A stretch of DNA of 24,000 nt. Source: Lyngbya sp. (GTDB lineage Bacteria; Cyanobacteriota; Cyanobacteriia; Cyanobacteriales; Microcoleaceae). The notes under the pieces were generated by a model, which saw only the letters and a list, made by a program, of their open reading frames with translations, was not told the origin of the DNA and made no database searches. The stretch is taken from NCBI GenBank assembly GCA_035285085.1, contig JAYKHV010000135.1, positions 524 through 24,523 of the forward strand, given 5' to 3'. Positions 8,144 through 16,571 of the stretch are shown here, piece after piece. The translations under genes were made by a program, and so were the position numbers. Each line of letters opens with the position of its first letter. Positions within the stretch are counted from its first letter, which is position 1.

Positions 8144-9409
8144 TCAACTGTACTGGCAAAAAAGCTCCGCATCGGTAAAATCGCTAAAGAGGCTGGCTAA
8201 AATGGTATTAGAAAATAAAAACCCTTCTGGATCGGTTAATCTCAGAGATCCGGACATCGAAAGATCCCCTTGGCGATCAACAGACTTGTTTTGATCATCA
8301 ACCTCGAAAATTTCCACCCATCCCTGTTGCTGGTAGGGGCGCAAGCCGTGTAAAATCCGTTCAACGGTTTGAATGCCAAATTGTTGACTTAAACTGCTTA
8401 AATTGAGTCCGACCGCCAAGCGCAACCCCAACATCAACCTTTCAAGTAAGCGATCGCCAGCACTATCAACCCATTCGGCATTTTCCATTTGATTTTCAGA
8501 GCGAACCCACTGATAATAAAGCCGAGTCTGTCGGGGACGAGTGAGGCGATATCCCTGTAAATAACTGGCAGCCCCCATGCCAAACCCGTAGTAAGGTAAA
8601 CAATGCCAGTAAACTAAATTATGGCGACATTCCCGACCCGGTTGGGCATAATTCGACACCTCATAGTGAGTATAACCTGCTTGAGTTAAGGTTTTTTGGG
8701 CTAAACGATACATGGCAGTTGTGGCTTCATCCGTCGGTAGCGGTGACTCTCCGGGTGAATAATATCGTCCAAAAACCGTTTTGGGTTCCACAATCAGGTC
8801 ATAATGAGAAATATGAGGGGGATTGATGTTTAAAACCTGTTCTAGAGACTGTTGCCAAAGTTCTAGGGTTTGATGGGGTAAACCGGAAATTAGATCCAGA
8901 CTGTAGTTGGCAACTCCAACAGCATCAATGAGATCAACCGCCTTCCAAACATCTGCGACTGTATGCGATCGCCCACAAGCTTGTAACAGTTCATCTTGAA
9001 ACGCTTGCACGCCCAAGCTTACCCGATTAATTCCCAAATTCACAAACCCTTGTAACCGATCGCGATCAAAGGTGTCCGGGTCCATTTCCATCGAGATTTC
9101 CGCATCGGAATCAATCCCAAAGCGTTGTTCAAGTGTATCAAGAATCTGACCCAATTGACTCACCGATAACAGCGAAGGCGTTCCCCCGCCGAAAAAAACC
9201 GTTTCTAGAGGCCGATCCCCAACGGGGGCTTGAGTAATTTCCTCACACAACACGTCTACATACTGTTGCATCCAAGCCGAATTTTCACCCCGTTGGCCGC
9301 CAACCACCGCAACCGCAAAATCGCAATAATAGCAGCGACGACGACAGAAGGGAATATGAACATAAGCCGATCTTGGCATTAAGGAAATTGAGGTGTTGAC
9401 CATTTCCAT
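8144..9409 (-). CDS. hemW: Radical-SAM HemN-like protein, HemW-type heme chaperone (coproporphyrinogen III oxidase-like)
   Basis: 421 aa. YVHIPFCRRRCYYCDF carries the CxxxCxxC radical-SAM cluster motif and lacks the extra HemN cysteine. FFGGGTPSLL is present, along with a HemN_C-like C-terminus. Confidence 0.85.
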   Translation of the reverse strand: MEMVNTSISLMPRSAYVHIPFCRRRCYYCDFAVAVVGGQRGENSAWMQQYVDVLCEEITQAPVGDRPLETVFFGGGTPSLLSVSQLGQILDTLEQRFGIDSDAEISMEMDPDTFDRDRLQGFVNLGINRVSLGVQAFQDELLQACGRSHTVADVWKAVDLIDAVGVANYSLDLISGLPHQTLELWQQSLEQVLNINPPHISHYDLIVEPKTVFGRYYSPGESPLPTDEATTAMYRLAQKTLTQAGYTHYEVSNYAQPGRECRHNLVYWHCLPYYGFGMGAASYLQGYRLTRPRQTRLYYQWVRSENQMENAEWVDSAGDRLLERLMLGLRLAVGLNLSSLSQQFGIQTVERILHGLRPYQQQGWVEIFEVDDQNKSVDRQGDLSMSGSLRLTDPEGFLFSNTILASLFSDFTDAELFCQYS

Positions 9410-9691
9410 ACTTTTTGTAACAACAAATCAACAATATTTAACTGTATCTATTTTTTGTTAAGATCGGCAGACAGAGGACGGGTGGGGTAAAAGCGAAGAA
9501 AGTCTCAGTCAAATCGGGATCTTGATAAAGAACGTTTATCGAAAAATCCTCAGTTGATGAGAATATTGTAGGGTTTAGCGAAATCGGATCGGTCAACCCG
9601 TAGGATTTGATTGAACGATATAATAGAACGAAAACCGAAGGAGATTTCCTCCCTGTGGGGAATCCTTATCCAATTCCATTAGCCTAAAGTA

Positions 9692-10777
9692 ATGCTAGAT
9701 GCAATCATTATCATTCTATTCATCCTAGCGGGCGCCGGAATGGGCTTCTATGGTATTGAACTGCTTCCTTACAATGTACTGGAGCAAGTCAGCAATATCG
9801 AGGGACTGCGATCGGTGACGGCTGCATTCACCGCCCTGATCGGAGGAGTGATGGGCTTAGTGGTTCAAACCACCTACCGCCGACTCGAAGAACAAGTCCG
9901 ACAGATGCCCATTGACGTACTGCTAACTCGTGCCATTGGCTTGGTCATTGGGCTGTTAGTGGCGAACTTGATGCTGGCCCCCTTATTTCTGTTGCCAATT
10001 CCGAAAGAATTTGGTTTTATCAAGCCGTTAGTGGCGGTGTTGTTCAGTGTGATGTTAGGGTTTACGGGCGTGAACTTGGCAGATACTCATGGACGAGCTT
10101 TTTTGCGACTGATCAACCCCAACAGTTTAGAAAGTATGCTCGTCGCGGAAGGTACGCTCAAACCCGCACCCACTAAAATTATCGATACGAGTTGTATTAT
10201 TGACGGTCGGGTTGAGAAGTTGTTAGAAACAGGCTTTCTCGAAGGACAAATCCTCGTTCCTCAATTTATTTTACAAGAGTTGCAACTGGTGGCAGATGCG
10301 GCTAACGACCAAAAACGAGCGCGGGGACGGCGGGGATTAGAGATTTTGAATCAAATTCGAGAAAATTACCCCGAACGCATTCAAATTCATCCGGCGGACT
10401 ACGAAGACATACAAACCGTTGATGCCAAGTTGGTGCGGTTAGCACAGGAAATTAATGCGACATTGCTCACGAATGATTACAATTTGTCTCAAGTGGCAAC
10501 CGTGCAGCAAATTCCGGTGTTGAACATCAACGACTTGACTCAAGCAGTACGCCCCAACTACTTGCCAGGAGACATCATAGACCTGAAAATTCGTAAAGAA
10601 GGGAAAGAACCCTCCCAAGGCATTGGCTATCTCGACGATGGAACAATGGTCGTGGTGGAAGCGGGAAGTGATTATGTCGGCGATCAGGTCAGAGTGATTG
10701 TTACCAGTTCTTTACAGACTTCGGCGGGACGGATGATTTTTGCTCGACCAGAACAATCAGTTATGGCTCAGGGTTGA
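9692..10777 (+). CDS. Membrane-anchored PIN/TRAM domain protein (YacL-like)
   Basis: 361 aa. The N-terminal ~130 aa form hydrophobic helices. The PIN core is IIDTSCIIDGRVEKLLETGFLEGQILVPQFILQELQLVAD...RGRRGLEIL. The C-terminal TRAM-like beta domain is GDIIDLKIRKEGKEPSQGIGYLDDGTMVVV. Confidence 0.8.
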   Translation: MLDAIIIILFILAGAGMGFYGIELLPYNVLEQVSNIEGLRSVTAAFTALIGGVMGLVVQTTYRRLEEQVRQMPIDVLLTRAIGLVIGLLVANLMLAPLFLLPIPKEFGFIKPLVAVLFSVMLGFTGVNLADTHGRAFLRLINPNSLESMLVAEGTLKPAPTKIIDTSCIIDGRVEKLLETGFLEGQILVPQFILQELQLVADAANDQKRARGRRGLEILNQIRENYPERIQIHPADYEDIQTVDAKLVRLAQEINATLLTNDYNLSQVATVQQIPVLNINDLTQAVRPNYLPGDIIDLKIRKEGKEPSQGIGYLDDGTMVVVEAGSDYVGDQVRVIVTSSLQTSAGRMIFARPEQSVMAQG

Positions 10778-10829
10778 CTGCGATCAGAACCTAACCATGA
10801 GTACCAGCAAACAACAAGCAACCCATAAC

Positions 10830-10859
10830 ACGGCGATCAAGTGGTCGTCGTGTTTTTTT
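10830..10859 (+). terminator. Intrinsic terminator of the PIN/TRAM gene
   Basis: ACGGCGA (10830-10836) pairs with TCGTCGT (10845-10851) in a 7-bp stem with one G:U pair and an 8-nt loop. After one G comes T7 (10853-10859). Confidence 0.7.
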
Positions 10860-10864
10860 GCAGA

Positions 10865-11234
10865 TTTGGCTCAAGCCTGCCTAATGTTGTGGTTTTAAGC
10901 TACACTGTTCGTGAACCGGATCAGCTCAGTCTGAACTCGCTCAGATTGCAGATCTCAGAAATTAGATCTTTTATGGGATCAATTCTCGGTAAGATTTAAA
11001 GAACAGTCGGGATTGCCTGTCGAGTCAATAACCCATCGCTAAAAGCGAGGGCTTGCAGGGAGTAAGCCTTGCAGAAAATTGACTAGATCAATCAGCGTTT
11101 AACTGGCACGTACTTCTGGGTACTTCCCTAGCCCGGATTATTTACAAGCAATCTTATTAATTGCGCCTTAAGAGGGGACATCTTGTTGAGCGTGATCGAA
11201 GGGACTTTTAACTTTACACGAGAGGTTTATCACC
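10865..11234 (+). ncRNA. Predicted IsrB/IscB omega-RNA (HEARO-class) upstream of the ORF, with the guide expected at its 5' end
   Basis: This 370-nt ORF-free segment lies between a terminator and the IsrB start. In IscB/IsrB loci the omega-RNA occupies this position and strand. Local hairpins are visible, for example AGATCT-cagaaatt-AGATCT at about 10948-10967 and TCGCT-aaa-AGCGA at about 11035-11050. I could not fold the scaffold or fix its ends. Confidence 0.5.
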
Positions 11235-12368
11235 ATGTATCGTGTTCCCGTTATTAGTAAATCTGGCAAGCCTTTAATGCCTGCTAAAGCTAGTCGTGTT
11301 AGACGCTGGCTAAAGGAAGGTAAAGCCAAGATATACCGTAACGATTTGCAACAGTTTGCTGTTCAATTAACAGTTGACGCCGAAACCCAAACTCAACCAA
11401 TAGCTATCGGTATTGACCCGGGTAAATTGTTCACTGGAATAGGTGTTCAATCATCAAAAGCAACCCTTTTTACCGCCCACCTGGAATTACCTTTTAAGAC
11501 TGTTACAAAGCGAATGTCAGACCGTCGCATGATGCGTCGTAGCCGTAGAGGTAGACGAATTAATCGCAAACTACCCTATGATCAACGTTCGCATCGACCA
11601 ACTCGTTTTGATAATCGCAAAACCAGAAAGTTACCACCAAGTATTCGAGCGAACAAACAACTCGAATATCGAGTAGCCAAAGAGTTAACTCAACTGTTCC
11701 CCGTTACTGGCATTGTGTACGAATACATTAAGGCTAGAGGGGATAAAGGCTTTAGCCCTGTAATGGTAAGTCAAAAAGTGATGATTGAGGAGTGGTTGCC
11801 TCAGTTGGCATCAGTCACAACCAGGTATGGTTGGGAAACTTCAAATCTGAGACAATACTTAGGTTTGCACAAAGACAAGTCAAACAAGGCTAATCAATCT
11901 CCGGCAACTCATGCTGTTGATGGGGTCGCACTAGCATCTCATTACTTTTTGAAGTGGAAAGAATTCCGAGGTAAAATTGGTCAATGGAAAGGGTATGCTG
12001 CGGTCACGGCTGCTCCATTTCTAATTATTAGACGACCACCAGTTAGTCGTAGACAGCTACATCTAATGGTGTTTGCTAAAAATGGGGTGCGTCGCAAATA
12101 TGGTGGTACTGTCACTCGTCACGGGTTTAGAAAGGGAGATTTCGTTGAGACTGAGCGCCAAGGAATTTTCTATCGGGGTTGGGTATCGGGAGATACCAAA
12201 ACTCAAATCTCAGTATCGGATTCAAACTGGAAAAGATTAGGACAGTTTTCGGTTAAGAAAACAAAGCTACTAAAACGTAGCACAAGATTAATTTGTCAAC
12301 CATTAGTTGGAGGCGTGGCTTTCCTCCCATCGGTCAAACCGAGGGTTTCCAGCCACCAAATCAGATGA
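11235..12368 (+). CDS. isrB: IsrB, an HNH-less IscB-family omega-RNA-guided RuvC nuclease/nickase
   Basis: 377 aa. PLMP domain is SGKPLMP and RuvC-I is IAIGIDPG. The Arg-rich bridge helix is RRMMRRSRRGRRINRK, followed by RFDNRKTRKLPPS. RuvC-II is IVYEYIK and RuvC-III is THAVDGVA. No CxxC...HxxP...N HNH insert lies between the bridge helix and RuvC-II. Confidence 0.85.
   Translation: MYRVPVISKSGKPLMPAKASRVRRWLKEGKAKIYRNDLQQFAVQLTVDAETQTQPIAIGIDPGKLFTGIGVQSSKATLFTAHLELPFKTVTKRMSDRRMMRRSRRGRRINRKLPYDQRSHRPTRFDNRKTRKLPPSIRANKQLEYRVAKELTQLFPVTGIVYEYIKARGDKGFSPVMVSQKVMIEEWLPQLASVTTRYGWETSNLRQYLGLHKDKSNKANQSPATHAVDGVALASHYFLKWKEFRGKIGQWKGYAAVTAAPFLIIRRPPVSRRQLHLMVFAKNGVRRKYGGTVTRHGFRKGDFVETERQGIFYRGWVSGDTKTQISVSDSNWKRLGQFSVKKTKLLKRSTRLICQPLVGGVAFLPSVKPRVSSHQIR
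12315..12356 (+). repeat. Imperfect subterminal stem-loop, candidate right end of the IsrB element
   Basis: The outer stem is GTGGCT (12315-12320) / AGCCAC (12351-12356). The inner stem is TCGGT (12330-12334) / ACCGA (12338-12342), extended by CC/GG. It sits inside the last 18 codons of isrB and ends 9 nt before the next gene's ATG. Confidence 0.45.
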
Positions 12369-13771
12369 ATCCAGAATCCACATTAAACCAGCTCAAAATA
12401 GCACAGCCCAACGGTCAACTGCCTTCAAGCTTTGGAGTTTACTATAAAAACACCTTAGTGGCACTGTGCCATGCTTTAGAAGACCACATTTTACAAACCT
12501 CTAACCCAGACCCAAACCAACAACCCCTGGTTTTAGTCACCTTTCAAGAAGGAAAGTGGTATCTGCAAGAGGCCGAACGCTACTATGATATTGCTCAATG
12601 TTGCCGTCATGTGGCGATCGCTGCCAAACCGGACAGTGGATTTATCAATCATCGCACAGGCAAACTGGAAAATGTATCGTTGATTAACTTAGACTCCAGC
12701 GATGACTTGGTTTGGGAGTGGAATTTAATTGTTCTAGCTCCTGGTTACACCGCAATGGTTCTGTGTTATGAACTCTCAGAAGAAGAATATCTCCCCCAAG
12801 GTCTACCGAGTGTTGATACAGAGCGGAAATTTTACGGGTTATGGACGTTTGACTCCAACTTGGTTCGCAAGTCGGCGGAAATTTTAATCCAACGTATGGC
12901 GCCCTATAATGGTGAGTTAGCCAACCAACTGCAACAACAACATCAAGAGATTATCGGAACGAGCAGTACAACCATTCCCGACTTGAGCGGTGTAGTTTCC
13001 CGGATTGTCACCTACTTACAAACTTCTCAACAAGAACTGATTACCATTAACCGCCAAACCCGGGAACTCCGAGAACTCGAAGGTCAAGCCAAGCGAGTGA
13101 GTCGTAACATTAACGCCAATAAATTACAAGCTTTTCTGCGAATGGCTCAACGAGTCGATGAACGAGACAAAGATAATCCCTATGCTTCTTTGCAAGTCTC
13201 GGCTTTGTGCGAAACAATCGGTCAACTGTTAGATTTACCGACGGTGGAGTTGCGGCGTTTGCGGTTGGCGGGGTTATTGCATCGCATCGGTTTGGCTTCC
13301 GCTCCCCCAGAAGTCTTTACTCAAACTCCAGAAGAAATGGATGATGCTACTCGCGCTTTCTGGAAAGAACGGCCAGTGATTGGAGCTAGACTGTTAGAAG
13401 CGATGCCGGAAATTGCGATCATCAAGGATGTTGTCGCTCATCATTTGGAACATTGGGATGGTAGCGGAAAACCCGATGGTCAACAGGGCGAAGAAATTAA
13501 TATCAAAGCTCGAATTTTAGGATTAGTTTCTTATTTTCAAGAATTAACTCAACCTCGGGGAAATCGTTCGGCATTGAGTTTATCAGAAGCGTTGGAAAAA
13601 TGTCAACAACTCAGCGGGACTCGCTTTGATCCGCAGTTAGTGGAGTCGCTCACTAGCGTAGTTCGTCTGACAGAAATGGGTTTAATGCAGTTACCAGACC
13701 GACCGACTCAACTGCCAAATGTTTGGTTAGAGGAAACCTCTCCTTTAAATCAAATTAAATCCAATAATTGA
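12365..13771 (+). CDS. Signalling protein: N-terminal DICT-like sensory domain, coiled-coil linker and degenerate HD-GYP-like domain
   Basis: I take the ATG at 12365 (MNPESTLNQLK...) as the start. The ORF-track start at 12293 lies inside isrB and its right-end hairpin. The DICT-like region is LVALCHALEDHIL...LVLVTFQEGKWYLQEAERYYDIA...VAIAA...EWNLIVLAPGYTAMVLCYE. The HD-GYP-like region is LLHRIG...HHLEHWDGSGKPDG. Confidence 0.7.
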   Translation: MNPESTLNQLKIAQPNGQLPSSFGVYYKNTLVALCHALEDHILQTSNPDPNQQPLVLVTFQEGKWYLQEAERYYDIAQCCRHVAIAAKPDSGFINHRTGKLENVSLINLDSSDDLVWEWNLIVLAPGYTAMVLCYELSEEEYLPQGLPSVDTERKFYGLWTFDSNLVRKSAEILIQRMAPYNGELANQLQQQHQEIIGTSSTTIPDLSGVVSRIVTYLQTSQQELITINRQTRELRELEGQAKRVSRNINANKLQAFLRMAQRVDERDKDNPYASLQVSALCETIGQLLDLPTVELRRLRLAGLLHRIGLASAPPEVFTQTPEEMDDATRAFWKERPVIGARLLEAMPEIAIIKDVVAHHLEHWDGSGKPDGQQGEEINIKARILGLVSYFQELTQPRGNRSALSLSEALEKCQQLSGTRFDPQLVESLTSVVRLTEMGLMQLPDRPTQLPNVWLEETSPLNQIKSNN

Positions 13772-13991
13772 GGTTTGATGGATGAAGAAGTGGCTGAGTG
13801 AGCGCAGTCAGAGGAATTTAGAAATTCTCTACCTGCTGAAATCTCGGACGAAGATGAGAAAAGGCGCGATTTATCGCCGGGATGAAAAATGAGGTACGGA
13901 ATTTATTCCGTAGATCCTGCTTAGACGTGCAGGATATGCTAGAATTCCACTATCAACAAATTACATAGCCATTCATCGACTTGCAGAACCC

Positions 13992-15201
13992 TTGACGACA
14001 CTGACCTTGACGCTTAAGCTGCCTTTCTATCGACTCAACGCTTGTAAAGCGGCTGAGTTTGAGCGACTAACGCTGCTCAATACCGAGGTGGCTAATACGT
14101 TGATTTCAGTTGAAAAAACTGAGCGGCGTAAGTATACCAGTAAAGATTTTCAGCACATTGAGATTGGATCAATGTGGATTAATCAAACAATTCGGAACAC
14201 TTGCGCTAGAACCAAGGTCAAAAAGTTTAAGCGTTTACCCTTAGAAATCAACAATCAGGGGTATCGTGTCAGTCGCAATGGCAATTTATTTACTGTTTCT
14301 TTCAGTTTGTACAGAGGAGCCAAGAAACGAATCCCTCTATCTGTCCATTCAGCTTCACACCAAAACACTCTGGAAAAAATTATAAATTCAGAAGCTAAAT
14401 TAGGTTCTTTGAAAGTTTCAAAGTCCAGAAAAGGAATTTGGTATGCGCTCATATCAGTATCGATGGATGTTCCCGATGCTTATGAGCCGAATGGCTGGAT
14501 TGGAGTTGATCGAGGTCAAAATAATATAGCCGTAGCTGCACTGCCTAAAAGCTTTGGAAAGTTCTGGAGTGGTAAGCAGGTTAAAGCTCTGCGAAAACAT
14601 TACCAAAAGCTTAGAAAATCACTCCAAAAAGCTAAAAAGTTGACAAAGCTTAAAGATATAGAAAGACGTGAGCGTCGAATTATGACTCACATCAACCATG
14701 TGATTTCTAAGCAGTTGGTGCAACTAGCTTCTGACTATGGAATGGGGTTGCGGTTTGAAGACTTGTCTGGGATTCGACAAACTTCAAAGCAAAGAAAGAA
14801 AACTAAATCGAATGCCAGTAAAAACCGTGACTTTTGGGCTTTTTATCAATTAGAGCAATTCACTCGGTATAAAGCCATTCGTGCGGGCGTGCCTGTAGAA
14901 TCTGTGCCTGCACCATACACAAGCAAGTCAGACCATCGCAACGGTGTAATTGGAAAACGAGTCAAGCATAGGTTCACGCTCGTTTGACAATTATCGGTGT
15001 AACGCTGACTGGAACGCCAGCCAAAATATAGGTCAATGGCTAGGGTTTTCTTGTCCTTTAGATCTTGAGAAATTTGTCTCTGTAATGGATGCAAACGATT
15101 TAGAGGATGGGGTCAATGACAGTCCCTTAACTGATGTGAAGTCGTGCGCAGGCGGATTTATCCCCTGCGCACGACAACCTTCAGAATCCACGTGGTTTTA
15201 A
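13992..15201 (+). pseudogene. TnpB-like gene (element 3), decayed: TTG start, frameshift, and all four zinc-finger cysteines replaced
   Basis: Frame 0 (13992-14987) carries RuvC-I GVDRGQNN, RuvC-II LRFEDLSGI and then YTSKSDHRNGVIGKR...HRFTLV*. The frame starting at 14950 carries ...FDNYRCNADWNASQNIG (RuvC-III). The expected CxxCG...FxCxxCG reads DHRNG...F-T-L-V-D-N-Y instead. Confidence 0.7.
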
Positions 15202-15233
15202 CCCGTGGAGTGTCAAAACTAAGCGTCTTCTTC
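15040..15233 (+). ncRNA. Predicted omega-RNA 3' region of TnpB element 3 plus its guide position
   Basis: A perfect 12-bp hairpin GTCGTGCGCAGG (15141-15152) / CCTGCGCACGAC (15164-15175) has loop CGGATTTATCC. A second hairpin is CCACG (15188-15192) / CGTGG (15204-15208). The scaffold ends in GGAGTGTCAAA at 15217. Confidence 0.45.
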
Positions 15234-15294
15234 AACTTCTCAACTGTTTATCTAGAAGTTGCCAGAAGACCCTCACTTTTAGTGACGGTCGGGA

Positions 15295-15324
15295 ATGGCA
15301 ACACAGGGTCTAACGTGCTACCAT
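15295..15324 (+). promoter_or_regulatory. Candidate promoter of TnpB element 4
   Basis: ATGGCA/TGGCAA (15295-15301), a 17-18 nt spacer, then an extended -10 TGcTACCAT (15316-15324). This matches the layout of the element-1 promoter. Confidence 0.35.
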
Positions 15325-15347
15325 AGTGTTTAGCGTTTGATAAATAG

Positions 15348-16503
15348 ATGTTAAAAGCCTACAAGTACCGTATCTATCCAACTTCTGAGCAGCAGGTCTT
15401 ACTTGCTAAGTCCTTCGGTTCAGCACGTTGGTTTTACAATTACGGGTTGGAGCTCACATCTAGAACCTACAAAGAAACAGGTAAAGGGTTAAGTCGCAAT
15501 GACATAATCAAGCTTTTACCTAAACTGAAGAAAGAGTATGAGTGGCTAACAGAACCGCCATCTCAAGTTCTACAACAAGCTGCGTTAGACCTGTCTAGTG
15601 CTTTCTTAAACTTCTTTGAAGGTAGGGCTAAATACCCGCGTTTTAAAAACAAGCACAAAAGGCAATCTATTCGCTTTCCTCAAGGGTGCAAACTAACGGT
15701 CGACTACCTGACTTTACCAAAGCTCAAAAAGGTCTATTGTCGTGTTTCTCGTTTACCCGTTGGTACTCTTAAATCGGTTACAGTTTCTTTGACAGCATCA
15801 GGTGAATACTACGCATCATGTCTATATGATGATGGAAAAGAAAAACCATTAGTAAGCAGTGATGGTAAAGCAGTAGGAATTGATGTTGGCTTAACTGATT
15901 TTGCAATCACTTCTGATGGCAGCAAGCACGGTAATCCTAAATACTATCGTAAGTACGAGAAAAAACTTGGCTCAAGCCAAAAACGATTGAGCAAAAAAGA
16001 GAAAGGCTCTAAAAATCGAAACAAAGCCAGAAAAGTAGTAGCTAAAGTTCATCAAAAGATTAACAGATGTCGTGAGGATTTTCTACACAAATTAAGCCGT
16101 AAATTAGTTGACGATAACCAAGTCATAGTTGTAGAAAATCTAGCTGTTAAGGGTATGGTTAAAAACCACAAACTAGCCAAGTCAATTAGTGACGCTGGCT
16201 GGGGAATGTTTTGTACCATGCTCAAATACAAGGCTGAATGGGACGGAAAAACCTACCTAGAAATAGATAGATTTTTCCCGTCTTCAAAAACCTGTCATGT
16301 TTGCCTAAATCAAGTAGGAAGTCTACCTCTTAGTGTCAGAGAATGGACTTGCGACAAATGTCAGAGAAAGCATGACAGAGATATTAACGCGGCAGTAAAT
16401 ATAAGAGATGAAGGTTTACGGGTTTTGGCGGGAGGGCCGGAGCGCTACCGCTTCTGGAGTTCGAGTAAGACCAAGCAAAGGCACTGCCTTTGTGAGGCGT
16501 TGA
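15348..16503 (+). CDS. tnpB: TnpB (IS200/IS605 OrfB, ISDra2-like), element 4. An apparent 1-nt frameshift near 16431-16440 removes its stop, so the six-frame ORF runs on to 17204.
   Basis: The N-terminus is MLKAYKYRIYPTSEQQVLLAKSFGSARWFYNYGL. RuvC-I is GIDVGLTDFA and RuvC-II is VVENLAVKGM. The zinc finger is CHVC...CDKC and RuvC-III is HDRDINAAVNI. After ...EGLRVLAGG, the +1 frame reads RSATASGVRVRPSKGTAFVRR with a TGA at 16501-16503. That resembles the usual TnpB C-terminus as I recall it. Confidence 0.8.
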
Positions 16504-16566
16504 ACTGTGAAGGAAGAATCCCTCGCTTGAGCGCGATGGGAGTTGTCAATGAACGTTTATTTGAAA
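16400..16566 (+). ncRNA. Predicted omega-RNA of TnpB element 4: scaffold ending at 16550, then about 16 nt of guide
   Basis: The palindrome CAAAGGCA-c-TGCCTTTG lies at 16476-16492. An imperfect hairpin CCCTCGC-ttga-GCGcGAtGGG lies at 16520-16540. The terminal GGGAGTTGTCAAT ends at 16550. The 5' boundary is a guess. Confidence 0.45.
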
Positions 16567-16571
16567 ACATT

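Larger units (their letters stand above)
10865..12362 (+). mobile_element. IsrB OMEGA element (omega-RNA plus isrB, no transposase gene). Both boundaries are approximate.
   Basis: It fills the whole interval between the terminator of one host gene (10859) and the start codon of the next (12365). Confidence 0.5.

Noticed and set aside
9521-9548. Match between the predicted TnpB-4 guide (GAACGTTTATTTGAAAAC, 16551-) and CTTGATAAAGAACGTTTATCGAAAAATCC in the hemW/PIN-TRAM intergenic region, with a TTGAT-like motif nearby
   Set aside because: Only 10 contiguous nt match, and I estimate the chance expectation in this window at about 0.05. The match then breaks with an indel. The TTGAT is separated from the match by 3 nt, and this TnpB's TAM is unknown. 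It was noticed post hoc and is probably coincidence.
12293-12364. ORF-track start at 12293 for the DICT/HD-GYP-like gene (N-terminal MSTISWRRGFPPIGQTEGFQPPNQ)
   Set aside because: These 24 codons overlap the isrB coding end and the element's terminal hairpin. The ATG at 12365 gives a plausible native N-terminus.
14255-15094. Antisense ORFs 14255-14452 and 14846-15094 within TnpB element 3
   Set aside because: They are short, have no motifs, and are embedded in the TnpB-like reading frames.
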